In this document: positions 51,210 through 64,000 of the stretch, one piece after another
Layout: each line of letters starts with the position of its first letter
Numbering within the stretch: position 1 is the stretch's first letter
Origin: Octopus sinensis
Taxonomy: Eukaryota
Direction of reading: 5' to 3'
Length of the DNA stretch: 64,000 nucleotides
Assembly (NCBI RefSeq): GCF_006345805.1
Contig: NC_043000.1
Span: 135,842,001 to 135,906,000 of the forward strand
Made by a program: the position numbers and the translations under genes
The notes under the pieces: generated by a model
The model's input: the letters and a program-made list of their open reading frames with translations, nothing else
What the model was told of the DNA's origin: nothing
The model's database searches: none

Positions 51210-51857
51210 ACTGTCTGTCTGTCTGTCTATCTATTCCTCCCCTTCTCTCTCCTCTGCCCTTCTATCTTTCTATTTCTCTCTCACTCACTCACTCATTCAC
51301 TCACGTATGTAGTCATTATAGAACCTGAACAGTAGAAATTTGTGCACTGAGGTAAAAAAATGGACAAATTATAATGGGATGAAAAACTGCATGTAATGAT
51401 TGGTGAAGAGCTTCAGTGGAGAGCTTTAAGCAGAAACCGGTGCAACAGACATGTGACATAGGCGTTATTTAAATGCTAAAACAGAATGAAGTACCATAAT
51501 TAAAACTAGAAACAATACGTTTATAGGTAAATGATATATTACTAAAGTGAATATCTTTATACGGTTTAAGTGTTCAACTTGAACATTTGGGATATTGATG
51601 AAATTTGCAGTAAGTGCATCGCTTTTTCATGGAAATTCATCTGTAAAAGTCAACTTAAGAATTGCATACTGAAGTTAAACAATGTTTTGTCAAAACATTG
51701 TTCACAAGTTGATTTCACTTATTTCTATCCGAATTTTAATGAAAGAATGCTGTTTCCTTGTGAACTAAGCATGTGAAACATAATTCTGATATATAACATG
51801 CAATATCATTCTCGTATGTATAGGCAAAGAATATAATTGCCATATATGAATATATAG

Positions 51858-52112
51858 TGGAGTTGCGTGACTAAGTGGTTAGGGTGTTGTATTCATGGTC
51901 GTAAGATAGCAGCTTCGATTCCTGGACCAGGCGACGCTTTGTATTATTGAGCAAATCACTTCATTTCACGTTGCTCCAGTCCACTCAGCTGGCAAAAATG
52001 AGTAATCCTGAGACGGACCGGCGTCCTGCCCAGGTGGGGAATATAGACGCCATGAAACCGGAAAACTGGCCTTTATGAGTCAGTATGACTTGAGAAAGTA
52101 ACTTCACTTTTT
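51858..52112 (+). mobile_element. Diverged tRNA-derived SINE related to family D
   Basis: Degenerate A/B boxes and the shared central TTGAGCAA...TTTCACGTTGCTCCAG. Confidence 0.7.
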
Positions 52113-54329
52113 TTATACATGAATATACTTATGTCATATAAGTGTACTCGCATGTTGAAAAATTCAGACACATAAAAATAGTTTTGAAAACATGTAGAAA
52201 TGATATGGAAAAAGTATGGATTGATAGAATCGCTTCAACGGCGCAGAAGCTGCAGTTAGTTGCATCGCTTCAGGTGCCCTTCAGGTGTCAAGATCGATTA
52301 AAATATGTACAAGCTATTGTACTCCACTGTCCGAAGAAAAGTATTGTGGAAAAATATGGCATCAGTTATATGCCTTTTGATGTTTATTTTGATGTTTAAC
52401 TATTCTTAGTGTCTAACTATGTTTGAAGTTTAATTATTAGGAGTGTTTTTGTGGCAGAGTAGTGAAGTTGGCTTCGAAATCAGGTAATTCAAAGTTCGAT
52501 TTCACTTCGTAGTTCGTTAAGCAGTCTATTGAACAAACGGCTGGTTAATCAGTCCAGTTTGAGGGAAATTTACTTCCTATATCTATATATGTACGTGCAT
52601 ATCGAAAAAAGATATACATATCGGCGATACATTACTGATAAGCGAGTGTGCCAAAATTAAAAGACTAAGGCATTTATTCTGCACAGGTTTCACAGATACC
52701 CCATTGTCTCTCCACAATCGCATATGCAGTGAACAAGTGACTGGCCTTTTAGAAGCCTATAATTAATGAAGCTATTGTTAACGATATAACATAAAATGAG
52801 TTTTCATTCCTCTGTGGTCAATAGAATACTTTTAAAATACTAGACGCCATTTGAGCAACTTCTGTAACAAAAACGGACATTGTTATTATATAAAAAGCAA
52901 ATTACCGAAACATCAAATCACACATGATATACAGGATACATGCTGAAAGAAAACCTCTATAGACAAAAAAAAAAAGGAAAAAAAGAAACATATTTTCTCA
53001 CTGCGTTTCTTGATCATGGTTTTAAAAATGCGTAAAAGCATTTCTATTTATTCCAATAAGATATTTAGTAATTCAAAACAACATTGCAGCGATGCAAAAT
53101 GAGGAGATTGTAAAGTGCAATCATAATTCGTTTCTGCAGACATCAAAGAGATGGTAAATAGATTTGGCAATAGCATGTAATCTGTAAACTGATAATGTAT
53201 CTATGCATATAGGTTTATGTAGTATATAATTTTGCGATACCATCGGGATGATAAAGTAAGAAAATGCTATTGTTTTAAAAACTTTTGGCATTAAAAAGCT
53301 AATGCAGAATAGAATCTGCTGTTGCTACCAAAAATCAAAAAAAAAAAAAAAAAATTTTTGTTGATGATTAATATTGTTTTATATTTTTTATGACAAGAAT
53401 AATTGTTTTTTTCCCTAAACAGGTTGTTGTCTGATATTTCTGTCTGATTTTTTTGTCTGATATAAGCGACGTATAGTCTCATTATAGTTTATCGAAGTGA
53501 TAATGAATTTCTAATTAAAAAAAAAACAACCTATAATTGTTGGTATGTGAATGTATAAATATATTAAAAGGAAAATATGAAAATGACGATGAATTTCATA
53601 AAAGAAGAAATATGTAACTATGAAAGCAATGCATTATCGCTAACTCCTGAAAAAAAGAAGTTATATTTACAACATTGTAACGCTTAGAATCTTGATTAAC
53701 AGTATTTAGAGAATTGGAGCATGATATGATTTTGGAAAGTTTCTAATTGAAATTTTAATCATATGATCATTCAGATGAATGGGTCTCCTGTGGCTGATAA
53801 TTCATCCTGGTCTATAAAAACTAATAGTTTGTTCATTAGGTCCATAGTCTTTGTAAGTATTTGGTATTGGGAGCGGTGTAATGATACATTTCTTGTTCTA
53901 TTTAGAATATTTTAAATCCGAATTAATTTGTAACATGTCCGAAGAAAGAAGTCTCTTTCGATGCTTGGTGTATATAGCATGGTATTATCGATTGTTAAGG
54001 GGTTGTTATTTTTTTCCAGATCCAGATAAGATGATCGAACAGAGAACTATGATCTACAGATATCCAGCCGTGTTCATATTATTTTCCCCACGCTATGGAC
54101 TACATTATTAAAAGTGGCATTTTCTTTTTTAATACAGTCGGGTGTAATTTGAGAGCGGTTTCTTTGTTATTTCTAGCAGATAAATCGATCACGGCTAAGT
54201 TCTCTTCTTGGTTCAATTCTTGAGTTTTAAAATTGACTGTTAATGCAGCTATCTTTCAATTATAATTTATTTATATTCCTCTGCCGTGGCCAAGAATAGC
54301 AGAGAGTTGATAATGTATTTCGAGTTTTG

Positions 54330-55400
54330 AATTATTATATTTTATTATATTTCATAATTAACGTCGAAGGAGAGCTAATAGTGGACTGTCAGGCAAGATC
54401 ATGAATAGCAATAACCAATCGCCAAATCCTTCAGGTTTATCAATAATCATGTGCTTGGCTAATTTAGCGATGATCTTCGTCTTTTCAATGTTTAATTCAA
54501 GATAGCTCTTGCAATTCGATTGATTGGCATGATTGATTACCATAATCTGCCAGATTTACACATTCTCGATCATACTACCTACGATAAACGCTGACACTTT
54601 CATGAGTATTTTGGCCAAAATCTTTAACTGAGCTCGGTAAAATTAGGGACCGGAAATTGTCGACGATTTCCCTTCATTCACAAACACCACTAGCAGATCA
54701 ATCAATGTTCGGTTAAGACACTTCGGAGATTAAGTCTTCCAAGAAAGGAGTGAATGTGTCTGGCATGTACTCATAAAGCTTGTCGGGCAGGCCTCTCAGC
54801 CAAACAAGTTTCCTCCACACAACGACTCACTGCGAAGTCTATCGCTTTTATCTTTATATATATTTTTCGCGACGTTGAGTAAATCCACGGTATTCTATCA
54901 AATTCTACCCCCAAAGTGTTGGCCACACTGCTTAGGAGCAGAGACATCTGTCTAAAATAGCATAATTCTTACGTTCTGGTCTGTTAGATATCTAATCGTG
55001 CCTTTGTTTCCATGTCATGCTTTTTCTACTCGAGGTTGTTGAATGGCTTTTCTCTCTTGTGTATTGGAATCCTTTTCTCTCGTTGCTGGTGACCAGATCT
55101 ATAGCATATGACAATATGTCGTTAAGCAAGTTACGTTGCTTCCAAGCCAAACTCTAACTAGGTACATTTATGAATACATCTTTTAGCACGACCCCGTTGA
55201 GTGGGAAAAATCAGCCGAAGTCATATATCTAGGCATCAGAGAATAAACAGTTTCATATTCTTGGCCGAGAAGAGGGCCCTAAAAAAAGGTCCCATAACAA
55301 GTATTTTTTCCGTTCTTTTCCCAAAAGTTTTCATGTTGCGGGAGAGTCAGATAAGCTCCTGAGGGTATTTTCATCAGAATTATATCTCTCAGTGCTTTTA
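54330..55400 (-). mobile_element. Heavily decayed L1/Tx1-like LINE RT relic
   Basis: Minus-strand fragments GLPDKLYEYMPDTF, QLKILAKIL and LELNIEKTKII in the expected order. Boundaries are approximate. Confidence 0.45.
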
Positions 55401-57779
55401 ACTCTTGAAATCTCTCCCAGTTGTGTTTGTATCTTATTACTGAATTGTTTTATTTCTTTATGCCAACATCTCACTTTATTTTCCCGTAAATCAGTTGTGA
55501 ATAGATGACAATTTTTTGTTTTTGGCTGCTACTGTATTTGTTCTTTTGTTTTTGTTATTTCATTTGATGTTTTTTTTCTCTGGATGGCGTTGTGTTCTCA
55601 TATTTTCCAGTTTTAATTTTGTTTTTGTGCAGCGATTTCAACTGTTTATATCCTTTCTATTTGCTTGGTTGTTCCTGGGTTTGTAGTTTTATGTGTAATT
55701 ACTGTTGTTTGTTACTCTTGTAGTTGTGATAATTGTGAGTTGCTGAACGGTGGTTTGTGGATTCTTTGATGTCTGGTTTAACAAGATGCTGATGGATCTG
55801 CAAACAGTAACTGGTTAACTCACTAAAGAGAAATCCACCTTAACCCTAAGGGTAAAGACTTAGCAAACTTTAAAGGCTATAGAACTATAACTTGTCTTCA
55901 TACATCATGCAAAACTTTATCTGCAATAATATCTCAGAGAATAATCAAGCATATGAAAAATGTGCATCTTGAAGAGTGAAAGAGATATTGCAAATATTCA
56001 TATATCTGTAAAGGTCAATTATCGGTAAATAAAACCATGACCAAATACTATAGAATAAGAAAGAATGATCTGAGCCTGATCTAGAGTGGTTACCAAAATG
56101 CTTTTCGGCAGTAGCCCTCAACTGTAGACCTTAGAAACATTAAGCATAAGGTAGCACCAATAACAAGCAAGTAGTTTGAATACACCTGGGATAAATGCAA
56201 AGCAATCATCTAGACTCTAGCGAAAGAAGAGAGTTTAAAAAAATACTCATATTTCTTTAATCAGAAGTGGTCTCTTTCTCATGATTGCTTTCCTACTTGG
56301 TACTAAGACTTTTATCTAACATTTTAAAACAAGTTTGACTAACGCATAAGTGCTTATTGGAGGACAATCAGCTATCTTTTGTATATAGACGATCTCAAGT
56401 TTCTTGCTGCAAACTGTAAAACAAATCTTGTCCCAATGCTGTAGAGAGTACATTGATTGAGATCGAGATTAGGAATATGCTTCGAGTCAATCTTGAGCGT
56501 TTAAACCATTCATTATACTGAAACAACATGATTTTATTATTATGTGTCTTTATCTAGAGAAGAAAGACCTTTAAAATAGTCATGTGGGGCTCTGCTGATA
56601 CTGGAATGAGAGTGGTGTGATAGGTGATGTTAATAGAATATTTAAACAGAGGGAGAACGTTCTTTGAGATATCCTTCTGGAGAAAGTAAGTTATATATCG
56701 TAATCAGCAGGAGAATTTGACTTTGTGGTGATGAGGAGGAAAAGCAATAAATATTTTGTGTGCACTTACGTTAGGACTTGCATACATCATGACATTTCAG
56801 AAAATTGATTATAATCAATTATAGTAACATAACAGTAATCTATTATAGTAATAAGCTAAGAGTGCAAATCAACTGTCCGTTGTAAATGTATTTAGTATAT
56901 AATAATACTTTTTCCAGAATCCAAACTGACACTACAGATATTTTTTGTCTTGAAAAATAACTTCAGTATTTTTAAGTGATTTTCTCTCTTAATACTATGG
57001 AAATTCTGGAAGAGGTCAGCTTCGACATTTGGATGTAGTTTGTACTATAAGAGTTGAGACGTTTTCAAACTTGACGTACTGTCAAATTATTTTGTAACTA
57101 ACAAAAGAAGCATCTATATGATAGTTTTTTAAAAAGTTCCTATTTAAGTGAATATGAGAAAAATGAATTAGTGAAAAAAGGGAGAAATACATATTAAAAT
57201 ATGATATAAAAAAACGACAGGTATATTGTCATACCTGGAAAATCAGTTTTCTTGAGATATAATGGTAGGAAAGCTGAAACTTATCAAATATTCATAATAT
57301 ATTTATTAACATATGTATGTAATTGTTAGCAGTACATTAATTATTTTGAATACTAATTTTCTTGACTATCTGTGAACAGTTAAATTGCCAGAATAATTAA
57401 CTTATGGAATGGACACAATCTGTATGGTTAGCAACTATACTGAAATGTCAAAAGATATAACCTTAGTATCAGATTCGATATCATTCCAAAAACAATTGAT
57501 ATTTCTATTTCGAAATTCTTCTCAATACAAAATTTTTTCTCAGCACTGAAGGTATGCTAATGTTGGGTAAATAATTTAATATTAATGGAATATTCTATTT
57601 TAAAATTCCGATAAATGCAAATACCATACAAGAAAATAAACGATGAACTGATGTTGAAATAAGTATTATTACAGATATGGATATGGATATTGCATTTAAA
57701 TATCACAAAAGCAATACATTTATGGATAATTTGCTCAAACCCTATAGCTTTTCTACTGGTTGTGGATAAACATTTTTAC

Positions 57780-58330
57780 CAATAGTGTTTCATTTACTTT
57801 TACTTAGTTGATCATGAAGGAAGGACTGTGCCCTTGGTTTTCATAGGATGTCCAAGAGTTGTGAGGCTGATGTAGTTAATGCAAGTCGATAAAGATTTCA
57901 TCAATAAAAATTGGATATAGTAATTTGTATCTCGAGACACAGATGCAAAATGGGTTATGAAAGGAGAAGAGGCAAGAAGAGACAAATGAGTTTGGAGATT
58001 AAAAACCAGTCAGCTTTGAGAAGCAGAAGCCACTGTAGTAGCTGTAGAAAACTTATTGTTATATGAACATGTCTGAGAAGAAGTTGGAGTATGTTGCAGT
58101 GCAACTAAAAGTTAGTCAGTCGAGTAGACGTTTTGGGATGTGATTTAGAACTTTGGTATGTATAGCAGAAGCATAGTCCCAAGCACAGGTGTGAAATTCT
58201 ACTTGGGTCTCACTTGAACTTTGTAGAAAATTAGTAATTCTTGGGAGTTGGAATTATTTTCTAACACTAGCAATAAATAGGAATTATGCTATGCTGTGGT
58301 TGTTAGATCGTGAGATGTTGGGGGTACTGT
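57780..58330 (-). mobile_element. Decayed CR1/L2-group RT C-terminal relic
   Basis: LLIFYKVQVRP...WDYASAIHTKVLNHIPKR resembles L.IYKA.IRP.LEY...W...LD.IQKR. Confidence 0.5.
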
Positions 58331-58379
58331 AGAATTGATAAAAAATTGTGTCTGAAAACGCCCCAGTAGCATGTATAGA

Positions 58380-58980
58380 TGTGGGAAATTTGATAGGAAG
58401 CCATTCACAAGAGCCGATGAAGCTCACAAGTACTTTTGCAGTTGTCTGCGTTTCACATCGTTATACACGATCCATTTTTCATTCTGTCACCATTCGATTA
58501 AAAAAAGGATTGTTTTCTTCACCTTTCAACAACGAATCGCAGATGAAAATCCGTTGGGAACCTAAATATTGAGCCTGCTGACTTAATCAACTTGATGCAC
58601 ATGGTTTTCAACACTAGATTTGTATATCTGGAAAATATCTGAATTCACTCTGGTGGTATAACGGAGATTAGTGTCGTTGTTAATCTCAGTTGCCTGGCCT
58701 GAGCGAGATGTGTCTTGAACCGAAATATTTCTCAATCGAAATCTTGAAAACCACTTCTGGTACAATCCTCCCATCACAACATCCTCTCCGTACATTGCGC
58801 ATATCTTTCTGCAGGTTTCCGCCGCTTTCTTGCCTTTTAAAAATAAAATAGCACGATAATATTCGTTTTGATTCTCCATTTTCAGAGTGATCCCAAGTAC
58901 ACAAAATACAGCTTCACTCGTGGCATGTTCGCGTCAAATTACGTTAAAGTATCAAGTATCTATCGAGTGGAAATGCATAA
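58380..58980 (-). mobile_element. Mariner 5' relic (transposase HTH region)
   Basis: ORF 58583..58879: KGKKAAETCRKICAMYGEDV...QKWFSRFR...D..RSGQATE. Confidence 0.85.
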
Positions 58981-59949
58981 GGAACAGATAAAAGTTAGCT
59001 AAAGAGTACTTGAAGTTTGGTGTTGACAGAACCCACCCACCCCGCAAAACACCAAAAAACGAACAAACGTTTATGTCAACCTAACATAAAATGAAATAAA
59101 TTACTTTGCTCGGAAAAAGAAAATCTTACGTCTTTCTAAGAAATAAAACCCAATGTCAGAGTATCTCGCTCAAAATTTCGGCATAATTTATATATATTCT
59201 GTGTTAAGGAAATAATCTTCAGATCAATTTGTTAATATTTTGTTTATAATTTCAACTCAAATTTCATTTACTTTTGTTTTATTTGTGTATATGTTGTTTT
59301 CGTGTATATATATACGTCTACATTTATAGATACAATCAAGCCATACGCTCTCATTAAATATGTTGTAAGTTATTAAGATGCATATATTTTAACATACGCA
59401 GTCGTCATTCTGCTTGGTCACAGAGATCTTCAAGATATGTAAATATTTGGACGACTCCAACTTCTTGAGGAATAAAAGCTATGGATATTAATTTGAATAT
59501 ATTAATTTATCTCAATAAGTTAGCTCTAACATATGCATATTCAAACACAGCAACTCTCTCCGCCATACATTGTGGAAATGTGTGTGTACGTATCTATGTG
59601 TGTGTATGTATATGTGTGTATGTATGTATGCATGTATGCGTGTAACTTTGTGTCTGCTTAATTTTGTTAAATGCATTATGAACATATTCATGTATGGGAT
59701 GTGGTTTAATGCTTAATTATCCACCATCATGATATGAATGGGTTTTATATTTATAACTGTGTATGCAGTCTACTTTGTATGTGTGCGTGGTGTGTTCATG
59801 TACATTTTAGATTTCACTATAGATGTAATACATCTATATTCCCATTATTCTTGTAAAATCAAATTAATCTACATGCATTAACGATTATTTTGAAATTAAT
59901 TCCTAGAGCTTGACACTTAAACTATGCTGTTTTGACATAACCTATAAAT

Positions 59950-60380
59950 CCTCTGTCTTGCCATCGTCTCATCCCATTCTGTTCCTTCTAATAGTTGTCA
60001 TAATCATTTTAACATCCATTTCCCCTTACTGTTATGGATTGTATAGGTCTGCTATGCAGCGCATCACCACTTGTTTGGATGCTTTGTCATCCCGTCTACG
60101 ATATCCTTACAACTAGTAAGATACATTTACTATTTCTGTTCTTGTCTACCCTGGTCTGTCTCTAATATTAGCACTTTTCATTATCGACAAATAACTATTT
60201 TTCAGCCACAATTCATCAACCATTTGAACAACATGTTCATAGTAGCTAATACTTTTGATACTGTATTTTGTGTTTGACTTAGTTCATTTGTGCATCATCA
60301 GTTGTCAATGTTCACTTTTGAGATTCAATGGCTCACACTTGCTTCATTACTTTCCTGTCTTCACAAATCTTCCATACTCT
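59950..60380 (-). mobile_element. Decayed RTE-like LINE 3' relic
   Basis: YYEHVVQMVDELWLK...RDRPG resembles the RTE (GHV.RM...P...G.R.RGRP) segment. Confidence 0.4.
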
Positions 60381-60384
60381 TTAC

Positions 60385-60785
60385 TCTCTCTTTTACTTGT
60401 TTCAGTCATTTGACTGTGGCCATGCTGGAGCACCGTCTTTAGTCAAGCAAATCAACCCCAGGACTTATTCTTTGTAAGCCTAGTACTTATTCTATCGGTC
60501 TCTTTTGCCAAACCACTGAGTTACGGGGACGTAAACACACCAGCATCGGTTGTCAAGCAATGTTGGGGGGACAAACACAGACACACAAACATACACACAC
60601 ACACACACATATATATACATATATACGACGGGCTTCTTTCAGTTTCTGTCTACCAAATCCACTCACAAGGCTTTGGTCGGCCCGAAGCTATAGTAGAAGA
60701 CACTTGCCCAAGTTACCACGCAGTGGGACTGAACCCGGAACCATGTGGTTGGTAAACAAGCTACTTACCACACAGCCACTCCTAT
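60385..60785 (-). mobile_element. SINE family A
   Basis: Reverse complement of the 35766 copy. Confidence 0.9.
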
Positions 60786-61247
60786 GCCTAGCAATCCAAA
60801 TAAATGTGTGATAAATTGTACTTGTTTCCACGAAGAAAGAAAGGAAAAGAAGAGAGGAAAAGATGACACTTTGTAACGAACAGAGTCAACAGCTCACTAA
60901 ACTTTTTTCATACATTTCCTACTCCAATAATTGTATATTTACGACAGCTTCGTAAATAGCCCAGCTAATAGGTGAAATACGGAGCCATCTGAGTAGTTCA
61001 CTGTATTTATTTCATGGTTCCCCATACCAGTAACTATTTTTGTATATCTAGAACATTTAAAGTATGACGTCACTGTTATTTTATCAGAGATCAAAAATAT
61101 ATTTTAAATTAAGTGGTCCGTGAGATGATTTGATCCATGAAATTAAACGTTGATAAATGTAAAATCTTAACAAATGACCACTGCAGAGTGTATGTGAAAT
61201 CTGCCATCAGCGACCGACTGAGAAAATATGTGTTATGTGAATGTGTG

Positions 61248-61293
<46 letters not shown>

Positions 61294-62272
61294 CGTTTGT
61301 GTAACTCAGATGCCAAATGTAATGGCCAAAGTAAGATTTCAACGTGTTTTGTGGTGAACAGTCCGCTATTTCATATCTACTGTGACGATTATTGCTGTGT
61401 ACTTACTAAATATAGAATACAAACTAATATGACAAAGACTGAAGTTATGAGCTATAGACATCTAATTCTGAACTTTTGACCTTTGCTGAAACACATAAAT
61501 CATTCAGTTAAGCTGGTAGAGCTGTACTTCCCTTTATAAAATTACTGAAATACAAACTTTGACTGTAAAAACTTCTATCCTAATTTTTATACTGGACATT
61601 ACAGCAGGTCAAATAGCAAGGGATATCGTTGTAGCTAGTTGTTCTAATAAATTCTGTTTTCTCTTCACTTAACTTATCAAATTCTATAAATTTCCTGCAC
61701 ATCGCAAGGGGATTATTTGGCTGATGCTACACAATGGTTATTTGAGTTTCTCTTATTCCTCTGATATTTTATATGAGCTTTGGAGTTTTGATTCAAACTC
61801 ACAAAATTCCGTTCCAAACAACAAATTTTAATTCTCATTTGAGATACACATGCACAGACAGACATACAGACACACGCACATACACACATGCACGCACATG
61901 CACACACATGCACGCACACGCACATATACATGCGCCCAACACGCACATATAAATCTACATATACACATGTGTGTGTATATATATATATAATTGTTAAAGG
62001 GGGCAACAAACGTTAATGCAAGGCAAACATCTCAAGTCATATACATTAATATTATGGGAGAACAATTCAAAGTCTTACAGCTGTTTCTGTGAAATCCTAG
62101 ATACTGGGATATTCCGTCATCGGAGACAAATAAGGAAAATGAGCAGGGTATAGATTGATGAAATGACGACGACGACATAGAGGACAGAAGTAAAGGAATA
62201 GGAGATGAAGAAAGAGAACAAAAAAAATATATGCATATATATATATATATATAATATATATATATATATATG

Positions 62273-62345
<73 letters not shown>

Positions 62346-62387
62346 TTATATATACATATATGTATATATTTATACATACATATATAT

Positions 62388-63356
62388 AAACTGTATATCA
62401 CGCTTTATTGCAGACCAAACTTTTGTTGATATTTTGAATATTACACATTGTACAAATGTGAAACTCGGTCCAATGAAAGATACTAGGTTGGTAGGTACGT
62501 AGTGAACATTTCAATCGTACTGGTAACCTATATACAAAGTTATGTTGAGTTATGTATTCTGAAGTGCTTTCATCTGTGTCACACTTTATTGAACGTATAC
62601 TAAAATGCCGCTGAAACGACGTCTCATAGCTATAGAGAAAACGCGGATTGTTATTGGTCTCGCAGAATTAGCTCAAGAGCTTGGTCGGGATACAAGAACA
62701 TTGTGGAAAATCCCATCATCAAACCAAGTCAAGATAAAGGTACGAGAAGTGTTTCCCAGCGTGATATCCGAAAAATAGGTAGACAAGTAAGAAAAGACCT
62801 CGATAGTACAAGTACTGCCATATTTGAAAATGCTGGGGCTGCTCCTTTGCCCAGAAGAACCCGGTGTAGGATTCTTAAAGAGACGGCCAGAAGTGTTAAG
62901 TGCATCGCTAGACCCATCCTAAGCGCTAACCACAAAGAGAAGCGTATTCATTGGGTACGGAAGTACATGAAGATCAATTTCCAAGATGTCCTCTTCACGG
63001 ATGAGGCCAGAGTTACTCTGTATAACCCCGACGGATGAGCCAAAGTTTGGGTACCTCTTGAAGCCTCTCACCCGCATCGCATTCCACGCCAACAAGAAGC
63101 CAGTGGTATCATGTTTTGGGTGGGAATCATAGGAAATTAACTTGTCGGGTCTTTCCGAGTGCCAGGAGGTGTCAAACGCACCAGCAACTCCTGCACTGCA
63201 TTTCTGGAGGAGCATTTTGCAGCATGGTTAGATGATCTGCCACTCTCACGTCGATGGTGGTTGATTTTTATCCATAACAATGCTCCTTCGCATTCAGCCA
63301 AAGCTACAATTTCATACTTCTCAACTTTGGGAATCACAGGCCAATCACTCATGACA
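62388..63356 (+). mobile_element. Degenerate Tc1-like transposon, interrupted by a CR1 insertion
   Basis: ATG at 62605. HKEKRIHW, VLFTDEARV (first D), GIMFW.G and FIHNNAPSH (second D decayed). Cut just before the expected WP..SPDLNPIE. The 5' boundary is approximate. Confidence 0.85.
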
Positions 63357-64000
63357 AAGCATGCGGAGTTCTGTTCTTGATTCGACGGTCAAAGCACGCG
63401 GAGTTCTGTTCTTGATTCGACGGTCAAAGCACGCGGAGTTCTGTTCTTGATTTGACGGTCAAAGCACGCGGAGTTCTCTTCTTGATTCGACGGTCATTCG
63501 GAATGCTCACAGCTGCCATATTCCTACCGCTCTATGTCACGCTGGTGAGACCCATATTGGAGTACGGGATTCAAGCCTCTTCTCCTTATCTCCTCAAAGA
63601 CATACAGTATCTCGAAAGAGTCCAGAAGCTGGTTACCCGCATGGTTCTTGGTCTCAAGCATTTGTCTTATGAAGAAAGGCTGAAGACGCTCGACCTTTAT
63701 TCTCTAGAAAAACGACGACGCCGTGGTGATCTCATTCTTGCTCACAACATCATAAGCGGAAGGTGTGACCTCACGAAAGAGCTGTTCTTCACTCCTGCTC
63801 CAGAGCGTCGGCTGCGGGGTCACTCTGAAAAGCCCTATCTGCGACGATTTCATCTCAATCGAAGGAGAGGGGCTTTCTCCGTCCGGGTTGCGGTTCCGTG
63901 GAATAAGCTGCCGGACGAGATAGTGAAGATGCCGACGACCGCTCGGTTCAAGGTCTCCCTTGACCACAAGTGGCCTGAACTCTTTACATGAACACCACCC
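63357..64000 (+). mobile_element. 5'-truncated CR1-clade LINE with 4 x 35-bp tandem repeat at the 5' junction; runs off the window
   Basis: ORF 63452..63991: LYVTLVRPILEY...LERVQK...SYEERLK.LDLYSLEKRRRRGD...WNKLP. Repeat units start at 63357, 63392, 63427 and 63462. Confidence 0.9.

Overview
Eukaryotic, AT-rich, microsatellite-dense DNA. Its repeat content looks like octopus (inference from SINE-family resemblance, not a database search). I find no intact host protein-coding gene, rRNA, true tRNA or CRISPR array. Most ORF-track entries are translations of simple repeats or SINEs. The window is dominated by mobile DNA: (1) one near-intact CR1-group LINE (about 28.74-32.72 kb) whose ORF1 has a Myb/SANT trihelix-like N-terminus plus a CCCH finger and whose APE-RT ORF2 is broken by one frameshift; (2) several R4/Dong-type restriction-like-endonuclease LINE 3' ends sitting in (AAT)n or (CATA)n; (3) RTE 3' ends with multiple C2H2 fingers; (4) four tRNA-headed SINE families, including tandem multimers; (5) mariner/Tc1 relics, non-autonomous Helitrons and Penelope-like relics with hammerhead-ribozyme-like motifs. 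Best leads: the LINE shares its 3' stem-loop tail with the commonest SINE, about 190-bp inverted duplications bracket 14.0-17.8 kb, there are two long palindromes, two minus-strand decayed frames have almost only TGA stops, and there may be a decayed C-type-lectin-like gene. All translations and alignments were done by eye.
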